Below are positions 14,550-24,200 of a DNA stretch of 39,162 bases, piece by piece (the first letter of the stretch is position 1; the number at the start of each line of letters is the position of its first letter). The stretch is from a virus (lineage: Duplodnaviria; Caudoviricetes). Both the position numbers and the translations under genes were made by a program. Under the pieces are notes generated by a model, which saw only the letters and a program-made list of their open reading frames with translations, did no database searches and was not told where the DNA came from. The DNA lies in the IMG/VR virus record IMGVR_UViG_3300024232_000033, positions 1-39,162 of that record. One strand, given 5' to 3'.

Positions 14550-17500
14550 CAGCGATACAACCTTGCTGTAAGGATCATTTCGTGATTCCGAGAGTGATCC
14601 TCGTTAATCCCCCAGAGCGTACCCATCTGAGGGCCGGTTCCGATCGTCTCTTTCTTGTGCTCCACTTGCACGGGATCCCCACTGTACTTTTCAATCGCCG
14701 TGAGGTCTGTCGCCCAGGAGATGTATTCGGGAGGATACGCGTAGAGGGAGAGATTGTACGAAGCAACAAATTCTTGCGTGTCGAGATCATTCCCGTAGAA
14801 GCATTCGAGTGTGTTGTCAGGCTCGTACGGCCCGACATCGGCAACTGCATCTGCATCCTCGAAGGGGATATCGTTCGAACGGAACTTCTGCTTGTCCCAG
14901 TCGTACATGTATCGGTACTTCCCGCGATTGAGCGTCTCGTTCCAGTGGATCTTATAATCCGTGATCCGCTTGATCTCCATGTTCCTGCGGTACGGCTGTC
15001 CGAAGTCCGCAGGGAGAGAAGGATCCGCGATGAACGGATAGAACTGCCCTGCGCCCGTTGTCGAGTAGTTCCCGCAGAACGTCGTGAAGAAGCGTGCGTG
15101 GAATTCCTCCACCGTGATCTGTGCACCGATGCCGATCGCGCCGATCATCCCGAGTTCCGTTCCCATCATCTCGGCGGAGGTCGCTTGTGCTTCCTCGTAC
15201 TTGCTCGTCCAGAACTTCGCCGTGCCGTCGGCAAACGTCTCGATCGGGCCTGGGAAGTCTCCGCCCGTGTATCCAACTCCACCATCCCGCTCGACCAGGT
15301 CATTATGCACGACGAGAAGCATGCGGAATGCTTGATTGATGAGGAGATCGTTCAGGCCATTCGGCCCGCAGAGGTTCACCGCAAACGTGACCTTATTATC
15401 AATGTGTTGTTGTACGCGAGGACCACGAGCGTAGAACCCCCATTGCTGAATGCCTCCAGCAGTGACGCTACCGTCCCCATCTGGGATCATGATATCTGGA
15501 TCCCCATCCTCGATCTGCACTCGCTTAGGCTCTTCACCCTCCGCGAGGTTCGATCCATATATGATCATCCTCGTGATTGGGAGCTGCGAGACCGCGAACC
15601 AATTCCAGACGTTAGGGTCGACGAGCGCGGTGCTACCACCAGTGTTCGCCTTGTTGAATCCAGTTGGTGCGAACACGCCGGTATCGTCGAATGTGAATAT
15701 CGTGCCATCGACGGTTGTAAGGTATGCAGACGTGCCATCACGACCGAGGATCCGATACGCGACGATCCCATCCGGAAAATCCGCAGGAGCTGTCCACGTA
15801 ATCCGGTTGAAGTTCGTGTCACTCAGGACATCAGGTCCGTTCGTGATTGTCACTGAACCGGCCGGGCGGGTTTCCCCGAAGGCAGTAATCCCCACGATAC
15901 TGTAGGTGTATATACCCGTTCCGCTCGTGCCTACAACATTCACTCCCACGTTCTGTGGAGCAGAAGCGATTTGCATGCCCCACTTCGCACCATCGCTGAG
16001 CGAGGTGAAACTCTCCTGATAATCCCAAACGAGACCTGAAGGATTCCCGAAGAGCTCTCCGTTGAAGTCGCTTGCATCGTGGTACTTGTACCTGACGTTT
16101 GGATCTCCGAGCGGATTGGTAATCGGATCGAACGCGGGGTTCGTGTAGAAGAGCACGATGAAGCCGACTGCCCCTGCTGCTACTGCAGGTCCTCCCATCC
16201 ACACCATCGTATGTGCGTGAGGAATCGAAACTTGATTCGGATCGAGCTCGAGCACTCGGAAGACCGGACCATACGTTCCATCCCCGTACACAGGAAGGAT
16301 CGCACCGTATGTGGGCGTGGTGATATCTCCCTGCCCAGTTTGGTTGATGATCGCTTGATCGATGATCGTGGCTTTGCCACTGTCGAACGTGCGTCCTGCT
16401 GGATCAGGCCCAGGATTCGGATTTTCATCCGTTGCGACGAACGATGGTCCGCAATGGCGTGCCGGGATAACTCCGTCCTCGAGGGGATTTCCGTCCAGGT
16501 CCACTTCTCCGAAGTCGTTGAACTCTCCAAGCCACATACCGTAGATGAACTTACCGTCCGTCTCAGGAGGACACGCCGGCCATTCATTCCGGGTGATAAA
16601 GCGACCGATCTTCCTGTTCGGATCGAGCACTCCCTTCGCCGAACCGAGAATATCCGTGACGATGACCTCGAACTTCGTATCCAGCACCGGCTGAATCTCA
16701 GTGACGCGCCCGCGCATCCGAGGTCGACCGACGAGAATCCCCGCCTTCCGCCCTTCGTAGGAGAGAATGTCAAACTCACTCTCACAGTTGATGAGCTTGT
16801 TCTTCCATCCATCCTCTCCGAGCAGGTCTCGAAGGAAACGATCCGTATCATCCCATAACGTGCGAAGTGTCGCAGGAGGGCAGTGACCGAACCGGTCGGA
16901 TGCAGGACGCTCGATCGTCCCAATCTCCTTCAGCCGCGGAACAATGAACCTCCCGCGATCTGCAAGAGGTTTAGGCCCCACGAAGAGAACAGGTGCATCT
17001 GCAGGATCCACCCCGAACGGCCTCGTCCGTACCATCTGCCAGGCGTCAGGGCGCTTACGAAACGCCATACTCCCGATCGGGCTGCTCACTGCTTGCTCGA
17101 CATCCCCTGCTCCTGCGCTTGAACCGACTCCGAAACCATTCGTGCCTATGGCGCGTGGCGCAACGCTTGAAGCACTAGCGCTCGATCCAACAGCTGCGCT
17201 GATCGCCTTGCTCGTGACACTAACTGCGCTCGTCCCTGCAAGGTGCGGGGCACGTGGGTTGAGTCCCACGATCGCTGCAGGCGTTGCTGTACCAGCGGCA
17301 GCGCCGATTGCAGAGGTGGGGATTCCTGGAACAGGCGATGCATCGAAGGACACAACACCGAAGGACGACCAATTCCTCCCGTTCCCACTTACGTCGTTCC
17401 CGTTCGTGAGGAGAGGCGTATCCATGAACGGAGAAGCGTGCAGCGCAACTGCACTATTCATCTCCGAACGGATCTCCGCTTGCGTCAGCTTCGACTGCCA

Positions 17501-17956
17501 GCTCCTGAACTGTGCAAGAGCGTGATTGTACTTGCTGTTTACATCCGACCCACCGAGCGATTCGACAGTGAACGTGAAGGGAGTGACGTCAAGCGTCGGT
17601 TGCGATGTATTGACAATCTCCCCGTTGATATACGTGAGGATGACATGCGACGTTGCATCGTACGTTACTGCGAAGTGGTTCCACTTGTTCGCAAGCTGCA
17701 CGGGATAATCGCTATCAGCGTAGTTGCTCCCGTCGAAGAACTCACTTCCTATTCCTCCGTTCGCTTCGAACATCGCGATGTACGGTGCAGAGAACGTGTA
17801 GTCTCCGAGCGCGTATCCAGTGCGGAACTCCGGACTTACAGTCTGCAGGCCGAACCAGCGGTACCAGAACATCCATGTCAGGTTCGACGCAGGACTGAGG
17901 AACGAGCCGCTCGAACGGCGAAGTCCTGATGCTGGATCGTTAACGAGGAGTGCCAT
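14549..17956 (-). CDS. large tail tip / host-specificity protein with N-terminal LamG (ConA-like) domain
   Basis: 1135 aa downstream of the tape measure. LamG signature W.H.AVTYD......YING ... W...LT..EI. FN3-like segment (Y.Y.IV....GE...I.W.AP.....YRI). Confidence 0.75.
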   Translation of the reverse strand: MALLVNDPASGLRRSSGSFLSPASNLTWMFWYRWFGLQTVSPEFRTGYALGDYTFSAPYIAMFEANGGIGSEFFDGSNYADSDYPVQLANKWNHFAVTYDATSHVILTYINGEIVNTSQPTLDVTPFTFTVESLGGSDVNSKYNHALAQFRSWQSKLTQAEIRSEMNSAVALHASPFMDTPLLTNGNDVSGNGRNWSSFGVVSFDASPVPGIPTSAIGAAAGTATPAAIVGLNPRAPHLAGTSAVSVTSKAISAAVGSSASASSVAPRAIGTNGFGVGSSAGAGDVEQAVSSPIGSMAFRKRPDAWQMVRTRPFGVDPADAPVLFVGPKPLADRGRFIVPRLKEIGTIERPASDRFGHCPPATLRTLWDDTDRFLRDLLGEDGWKNKLINCESEFDILSYEGRKAGILVGRPRMRGRVTEIQPVLDTKFEVIVTDILGSAKGVLDPNRKIGRFITRNEWPACPPETDGKFIYGMWLGEFNDFGEVDLDGNPLEDGVIPARHCGPSFVATDENPNPGPDPAGRTFDSGKATIIDQAIINQTGQGDITTPTYGAILPVYGDGTYGPVFRVLELDPNQVSIPHAHTMVWMGGPAVAAGAVGFIVLFYTNPAFDPITNPLGDPNVRYKYHDASDFNGELFGNPSGLVWDYQESFTSLSDGAKWGMQIASAPQNVGVNVVGTSGTGIYTYSIVGITAFGETRPAGSVTITNGPDVLSDTNFNRITWTAPADFPDGIVAYRILGRDGTSAYLTTVDGTIFTFDDTGVFAPTGFNKANTGGSTALVDPNVWNWFAVSQLPITRMIIYGSNLAEGEEPKRVQIEDGDPDIMIPDGDGSVTAGGIQQWGFYARGPRVQQHIDNKVTFAVNLCGPNGLNDLLINQAFRMLLVVHNDLVERDGGVGYTGGDFPGPIETFADGTAKFWTSKYEEAQATSAEMMGTELGMIGAIGIGAQITVEEFHARFFTTFCGNYSTTGAGQFYPFIADPSLPADFGQPYRRNMEIKRITDYKIHWNETLNRGKYRYMYDWDKQKFRSNDIPFEDADAVADVGPYEPDNTLECFYGNDLDTQEFVASYNLSLYAYPPEYISWATDLTAIEKYSGDPVQVEHKKETIGTGPQMGTLWGINEDHSRNHEMILTARLYR

Positions 17957-18067
17957 CTACAACTTTCTCCAGATCAAGTAGAGCAGTACGATCTGCACGA
18001 TGTGCAACGTCGCCTGCACGATGTTCGCGAGTGTCCAGTATTGCAAGTACCACACATTTTCACTCAT
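17957..18067 (-). CDS. 36-aa hydrophobic mini-protein
   Basis: Manual translation gives MSENVWYLQYWTLANIVQATLHIVQIVLLYLIWRKL*. It has an ATGA overlap upstream and TAG-ATG abutment downstream, so it fills the gap exactly. Confidence 0.6.
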   Translation of the reverse strand: MSENVWYLQYWTLANIVQATLHIVQIVLLYLIWRKL

Positions 18068-20322
18068 GCCCACAACTCCGAAGGAACGTAGTCTGGCGCC
18101 ATTTGCACAGTCCCTCCACCTTCACACTCGAAGATCATCACTGCGGGCACGATCGGCGGTTCAATATCTCCCGGATTTCCGGGCGGTCCGGCTGGCTTAT
18201 CCGGTGTATCCGGTTGCTGTGACGGCGGGGTATCTGAACAGCACGGAATTGAATTATCGCCACCGCCTCCACCGCCGCCCGGAGGTGTCGGAGGCGATAC
18301 GCCGGCTCGAAAACCTTCGTCAATCGAAAAACCGCAGAGCTGTCCAGCCGGCAAACCGGTATCGGTCCGTTCAAGCTCTTCACCGGTTTCAAGATCAAAG
18401 CGGAAAACGTTCGTTGAGAGCTGATCGGAGACTAGCAGTTGCGTACGATCAGCAATCAGCTCGACTTTATCGAGGTTCTGTGCGAGATCCGTTTCTGTAG
18501 GAATATACGTTTGAATGACGTTTCCACTACTATCAAGACGTAGCACACGATCACCGTACGCAACGATCAAGCCGGCGGTGCTTGTCGAGCCGAGTAACCG
18601 CAGACCGCGTGCGCCCGGACGCGGAACACCGCTTTGCACCGGAAGCAGTGCGAAGTCTGAGAGTTGCACGTTATTCGCGAGATCAAAGCGGAGAATCCGC
18701 CGGCCGGCTGATGTATAAAAGAGCGTGTTACCGTCTGCAGTGACGTCGATATAATCAGAACCGGAGTTTTCAAACTCGACGTGGAAAATCTCGGCAGTCG
18801 CAGCCGGACCCGGATCATCAAGACCGGCGATTCCGTCAACACGTCGCACATATGCCGATAGCGGATTGCTCGGCGGTGAACCGAGCACGGAGTAGTTATC
18901 ACCGAAGTATCCGATCAGTAACCGACCTTGCGGATCAAACACGATCGATGAAATGTTCTTCCCGCCATCTTGCAGCGCATCATAGATGAGATTAACATCT
19001 TGAAACGGCGTACGTCCAACACCGAGATCAGCAACGTTGAAGATGTCAACATACGGCGTGCTGCCGAATACGCCAACATACAAACGCTTCTGCGTGTTCG
19101 TTCCACCATTCGCATCGTTCATCGGGCGAAGCGAATTATCGATCGCAGATGCAGTTGGCGTGTTGCCGAACAGCGCATCGGAAATCTTTACAAGTACGCC
19201 GTCTCGATACACTGCGAGAAACTGTGAATCGAGAATGAGATCCCCGGTTGTCGGTGAACTCTCTTGCGCAACGCTCAGCGTAAGTGAACCGCCAGAATTC
19301 TTCGCCGCAAGTGGTGGAGACTCCGGTGCTTGCACCGATGTCACTTTGATCAGATACGGTGTACCCGACGTGACGTTGAAGACATACGCCGATTGCGAAT
19401 ACGTAAGCCAGTTACTATCATGACTCTCAACCGGAGACACATTCGATAGCACCCCGCATCCGCCGGTATACAGATGCACTTGCGTTGAATAGTTCGTCTG
19501 TAGTGTCGTGATGACCGCGCGGCCGGTGAAGTTCGGCGTCCAGCTCCACCAGACGGCTTTATCCGTATCAGCAGACTGCGTTGTGTCAATTGGTCCAACC
19601 GAATACGGCACTGCGCTGATAACGGTTGCGTCCGCGCACGCATCATTCGCCGGAGCTGCCGGAGGCGTCGCCTCTACGAACGTATATGACCAATCAAGAT
19701 AGTACGCTTGATTCTGTGTTGTCGCACCAACAACACCGTCCGCATACGGCGTGTTACTTCCGTCAAGCGTGCCGAGATACATTTTTGCGGTTGTGTCGAA
19801 CGCGTCTGCACCAGAGTTACTATCGAACGTTACACCGATTTCAACGATGACGCGATCACCGGCAACAGTTGCACCAGACGTGAGAGACTGTGCCGCATTC
19901 AACGCACGAACAGTCTCAACGTTATTCCACGCAGCGGTATCGTGATAATCGAGTAGCACATGCCGCACTTCACTTGTGAGACCTACGGCGATATATGCAT
20001 AGATGTAATAAAACGCATTACTTGCGCTTGGTGAGCGCTCGACCATCGAAGCGATGTTCAACGTCCCGCTAATTGTCTGCGCAGTCAGCGGGACAGTTGC
20101 CCACCGACCGATCATGATCTTGTAACCGGCGGTATCGTTCGTCTCACCAACGAGAATTGATGTGCGGCGTCCTCCGTCTGTTTTTGACGTCGAGAGTACC
20201 CACGCAGCTTCTTTCGTTGCTTCGAGTCGTGCACCGGAAAGTGTTTCGTTCCACGGTCCACGCACCGGACCCGGAACAATATCTCCGTGCAAACGAGTCG
20301 TGAGATAGTGTCGCGTTGACAT
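18064..20322 (-). CDS. tail-associated protein with beta-sandwich domains and a beta-propeller
   Basis: 752 aa. PANDACADA motif, repeated propeller-like blades (SIVFDPQGRLLIG, IDVTADGNTLFYT, VLRLDSSGNVIQ) and a Pro/Gly-rich C-terminus. Confidence 0.65.
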   Translation of the reverse strand: MSTRHYLTTRLHGDIVPGPVRGPWNETLSGARLEATKEAAWVLSTSKTDGGRRTSILVGETNDTAGYKIMIGRWATVPLTAQTISGTLNIASMVERSPSASNAFYYIYAYIAVGLTSEVRHVLLDYHDTAAWNNVETVRALNAAQSLTSGATVAGDRVIVEIGVTFDSNSGADAFDTTAKMYLGTLDGSNTPYADGVVGATTQNQAYYLDWSYTFVEATPPAAPANDACADATVISAVPYSVGPIDTTQSADTDKAVWWSWTPNFTGRAVITTLQTNYSTQVHLYTGGCGVLSNVSPVESHDSNWLTYSQSAYVFNVTSGTPYLIKVTSVQAPESPPLAAKNSGGSLTLSVAQESSPTTGDLILDSQFLAVYRDGVLVKISDALFGNTPTASAIDNSLRPMNDANGGTNTQKRLYVGVFGSTPYVDIFNVADLGVGRTPFQDVNLIYDALQDGGKNISSIVFDPQGRLLIGYFGDNYSVLGSPPSNPLSAYVRRVDGIAGLDDPGPAATAEIFHVEFENSGSDYIDVTADGNTLFYTSAGRRILRFDLANNVQLSDFALLPVQSGVPRPGARGLRLLGSTSTAGLIVAYGDRVLRLDSSGNVIQTYIPTETDLAQNLDKVELIADRTQLLVSDQLSTNVFRFDLETGEELERTDTGLPAGQLCGFSIDEGFRAGVSPPTPPGGGGGGGDNSIPCCSDTPPSQQPDTPDKPAGPPGNPGDIEPPIVPAVMIFECEGGGTVQMAPDYVPSELWA

Positions 20323-20454
20323 CTATTTTTGTTTCGCTTGTGCTTTCTTCGGACCTTTTGATATTGCGTGCGGTTTAATTACCACAGGTCCGTCGTAGAG
20401 ATCATTCGCAGCATGCAGCGTGACACGTGCGTCTTTCGTTTTGACAATTTTCAT
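20323..20454 (-). CDS. small basic hypothetical protein
   Basis: MKIVKTKD... follows GGTGGTAGAG and fills the intergenic gap. The ORF is open from 20505. Confidence 0.45.
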   Translation of the reverse strand: MKIVKTKDARVTLHAANDLYDGPVVIKPHAISKGPKKAQAKQK

Positions 20455-20456
20455 CT

Positions 20457-21209
20457 CTACCACCTGCTCCTCTTGTACTCGATGATTCTGAACTCGACAC
20501 GCCATAAACCAACACCACCGGCCGGTGACCAGCCGACGATTTCAATGCGTCCGAGCCACGCATCGTTGACCGCGAGTTCGGGGATGATGAGCGACGGGAG
20601 GGATGCCCCTCGCTGCGCTTTGCGCCAGTTTCGAAGGATCGTTAATTCTGCTGTCGTGTAGATTTGCCGGCCGGTCCAAATGCGGCCCTCTTCGCCTTCA
20701 TCATACGGCGGGATGCCGTTGTCATCGTCGGAGGCATTGGAGAAGTCACGCTCTTCCATTGACTCGTCTTCCCAGAACGGAAGGCGAATAGTCTGCAACG
20801 GACCAGCAACAAGCTCACCGATGATAATGTCCTCCGAATTCCCACTGATGCTGATCGTGAGGGACGAAGTCGAGGCAGGTGCGGCCACGCGCAGAAATGG
20901 ATTGAGGAGAATATCCTGTACCTCCGCTACTGCAGGGAGAATCGTTCCATTAATTCCTCCAGACACCGAGACATTCACCTTCACGCGATGATTGCAGATT
21001 GCAACGGTATCGATCAGCGCTGCAGTGTTCACGACGGTCCACGATCCGCTGTTCCCATCGACGAGGATTGGAAATGCGCCGCGGCCATCCGTCAACCAGT
21101 TGATGTTGTACTCGTCATCAACGGCCGTTCCGGATACATTCCCCGTGCGACTATAACTCCAGATCAAGTGCGGTGGGATGAAGCCGAATAGGTCTTTTTG
21201 ATTCGCCAC
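20457..21209 (-). CDS. distal tail (Dit)-like protein
   Basis: Directly downstream of the tape measure, with GTG overlapping its TAG. Beta-rich, about 250 aa. The call is positional. Confidence 0.55.
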   Translation of the reverse strand: MANQKDLFGFIPPHLIWSYSRTGNVSGTAVDDEYNINWLTDGRGAFPILVDGNSGSWTVVNTAALIDTVAICNHRVKVNVSVSGGINGTILPAVAEVQDILLNPFLRVAAPASTSSLTISISGNSEDIIIGELVAGPLQTIRLPFWEDESMEERDFSNASDDDNGIPPYDEGEEGRIWTGRQIYTTAELTILRNWRKAQRGASLPSLIIPELAVNDAWLGRIEIVGWSPAGGVGLWRVEFRIIEYKRSRW

Positions 21210-24200
21210 TACTGCTTCGCCTTCCTCTCCATCTTCCAACCTGCCTTCTGAAGGACGGTCGGCACACGTTTCTCAAGAACCTGATCGAGTGCCTCGAGCG
21301 ACCCGTAGTAACTTCCGTTCAGGTTGATCTCGACCTTCTGCACAGTGGTTCCACCAGCAGGCGCTTCGCCAGAACCCCAAGGCATGTCGGTTCGGTTCGC
21401 ACCAGAGAACGTCACACGTTCCGGCCCGGCCTCTCCGGCAAGGAAGAGCGTCGGCTTCCGCACCATATAATCCCCGCCTTCGGCTTGCGGGAGTGCTTCG
21501 GGGAGATTGAGGTCTCCAACGTTAAAGTTCACGTCGATCGTCTTGTCAGGAATCTGGTTAAGCGCGGATGTTATGTGATATGCGAGGCCGTCTGCATCGT
21601 GATTCGCTGCATTCTTCCATGCATCCCAGTCCTTGATGCTTTGAATCAGCTTCTGCTGCAGTGAACCGCCGGTGCCGACGACTCCACCGACCTCCGATTC
21701 AACGCCATCTGCAGCATCACCGCTGATCGTGCGGATCTGATCCTTCCATTTGCTCCAGAAGTCGGGGTTCTTGTTCAACCACTCGTCGAGTGAACCACCA
21801 CCAGCGATCACGTCGCCGAGTTGTGTGCTGACAGCCGTTGCTGCTTCGTCGCTCAGGCCACTGACGGAGTCCCGCCATGACGCCCAGACAGTTGGGTTCT
21901 GTGCGAGCCACGCGCTGACGGTACCGTCAGGTCCAACGACCTGCTTAACAGCAGCATCGACTTGCTGCGCTGCGTCCGTGCCAGAGGCACCAACCTCTGT
22001 ACGCCACTCATTGAACTTCCCAGTGTTCTGATCGAGGTACTGAGAGAGGGTGCCATCTTCTCCAACCGTTATCCCGAAGTCGTTCGTGATCTGAGTACTT
22101 GCGTCAGTACCCTTCTGTGCGATGTCGCTGCTCCACTGGCCCCAATCGTTCTTGTTGTTCTCAAGCATCTGTGGAACAGTTCCGCCTTCCCCAACGACAT
22201 TCTTGAAGGAGGTCTCGATTCCCTTTGCAGCAGCGTCGGCTGCCGGTGGCAGGAATCCGAATCCTGTGGCAAGAGCGGTGATCGCCACTTCGATCTTGTT
22301 GAGTGCGTCAACTGTCTGCTGCCCCATGCTCTTGTGGGATTCACCCACGGAGCCAGAGGCAACTGCTTCGTCGAGGAGCTTCTGCGTCGCTTCATCCACC
22401 GCGTAGTTATTCTGCTGCTGCAGCTCCCAGACCTTCTGCAAGTCGCCTTGCATCGCAGCCATCACATCGCTGTGGGACTTACCAGTCGCCTCCAGCGCTG
22501 CTTCCGTTGCAGAGATTTGTGAGGTGATGCCCTTGAAGGTGTCCTCATTAAGCTGCCCAGCGTTGTTGAGGCCGACGAGGCCTGCTGCGTACCCGCTAAT
22601 CGCTTGCAGGGCGGGACCTGCGATCTCATCCGTTGCAAGCGCGAGCTCACGTTTGATAAAGTCGAAGGCTTCACCACCACTGTATCCAGTCGCCGCGAAC
22701 TGCTTCTCGAGACCTTCAATTGCCGGTTGCTGTGCTTTCACCGCATCGATGAAGGACATCCCAGCTGCTTCCGCGTTCGCAACAGCACCAATGATCGTCG
22801 AGGAGATCGCGGCGGCACTTTCCTGCGAGTGGATCTTGACTACATCCCACAACGGTCCAACCTGATTGAGCTTCTTCATCGTCTCATCAAGCTGACTTTG
22901 CAGGTTCTTCAGCTCTGCAGGATCAGACGTCTGCGACATTTGCTTCCGCAGGTCCATCTGCTTCTGGTTCAGATCGTCATACGCTCCAAGTGCATCACTT
23001 GCAATGGTAATCCCTGTCGAGATGCCCTTATTCGCCGCATCCATCTGGCCTTGGATGTACGAGGTCATTGCTGCTGAGGTAACACCGAAGCGTTCACTAA
23101 GCTGAATGGTCTCCTTGAGTTTCGCGTCGAGCACCCCTGCACCACTCGTACCGGCTTTGACAAACTGATCCCAGTTCTCCTGGATCACCTTCGAACCTTG
23201 TGCGATCGTGATCTGATGCGTCTCGATCAAGCTGAAGGTGTCTCGCAGCTTCCCTTCGTACTTCGAGAGGTTGGTGGTGTCAAGTCCTCCTGCCTCCTTA
23301 ATCACACCTGCAAGATCGATCGCGAGTGCCTGGACCTCCCCTCCGTACTTCTTCGCGTCGTCTCGGAGCTGCTGGAGGAACCCGTCAGAGAACTGAACGC
23401 CGAGCTCCTTCCCGCGCTTCTTGAAGTCCTTCCCAACGTGATCGCCGAAGAGCTTGATCAAACCTTCGATCGCAGGACCGATTGCCGCGCCGATCATCGG
23501 AATCGCTTGCCCGATCATCTGTCCGAGGCCGCTTCCCATGAAAGCCGGGAAGGAGTTCGTCAGTGACTTGACAGCACCCTTTCCGAGTTCGCTCCCGACG
23601 AGTGAGCCTCCGGCTCTAATTGCACCAAGCGCTCCACCACCCCCAGTGAATGCCTGCTGGATGATTCCGGGAACCGCTGCACCGATGTTCTTCCATGCAT
23701 CCTGCCACGGATGAATAATGCCGTCCGCAGCGTCTTGCGCAGCACGAGCGACTTGACGGAAATGCTCAATGGTCGTCTTACTCCACTTGTCTGGATCCGC
23801 CGCCATCTGCTCATAAGTTGTGCGGGAGTCATTGGCTTGCTTCTGAAGCGCGTCATGGGACAGCACTCCTTGTTCGCGCAGGCGCTCTTCGAGCGTATCG
23901 GCGGAGAGGTTCGCCTTCTTCATCTCGTGATCGTAATACGCGTCGATCTGCGTCTTCGCCATGTCGTACAGGGTTGCAGTTTTCTCCGTGCGGTCCCCGA
24001 GCTTCGCTATCGCAGCGTCATGCGCACGCGTGAGTTGTGCGATCTCGAGATCCGTCCCGCTCTTCGCGAGGTCATCGTTCTTATCGTGGTATTCCTTCGT
24101 TGCACGGAGTAAGTCTGCATATGTCTTCGTCCCAGCTGCTGCAACTTCCTCCGCTTGCTTCTTCTGCTGGTCGACGAACTTCTTCTGCGCGTCGGTGATG

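Noticed and set aside
14537-15856. 439-aa + strand ORF, and similar long antisense ORFs (11975-12901, 24452-25339, 28607-29743, 30734-31825, 6424-7182, 7187-7978)
   Set aside because: They lie opposite well-supported genes, have no motifs, and are expected from biased codon usage in GC-rich DNA.
14549-20322. Diversity-generating retroelement target in the tail genes
   Set aside because: No reverse transcriptase and no template/variable repeat pair differing at adenines was noticed in the window.
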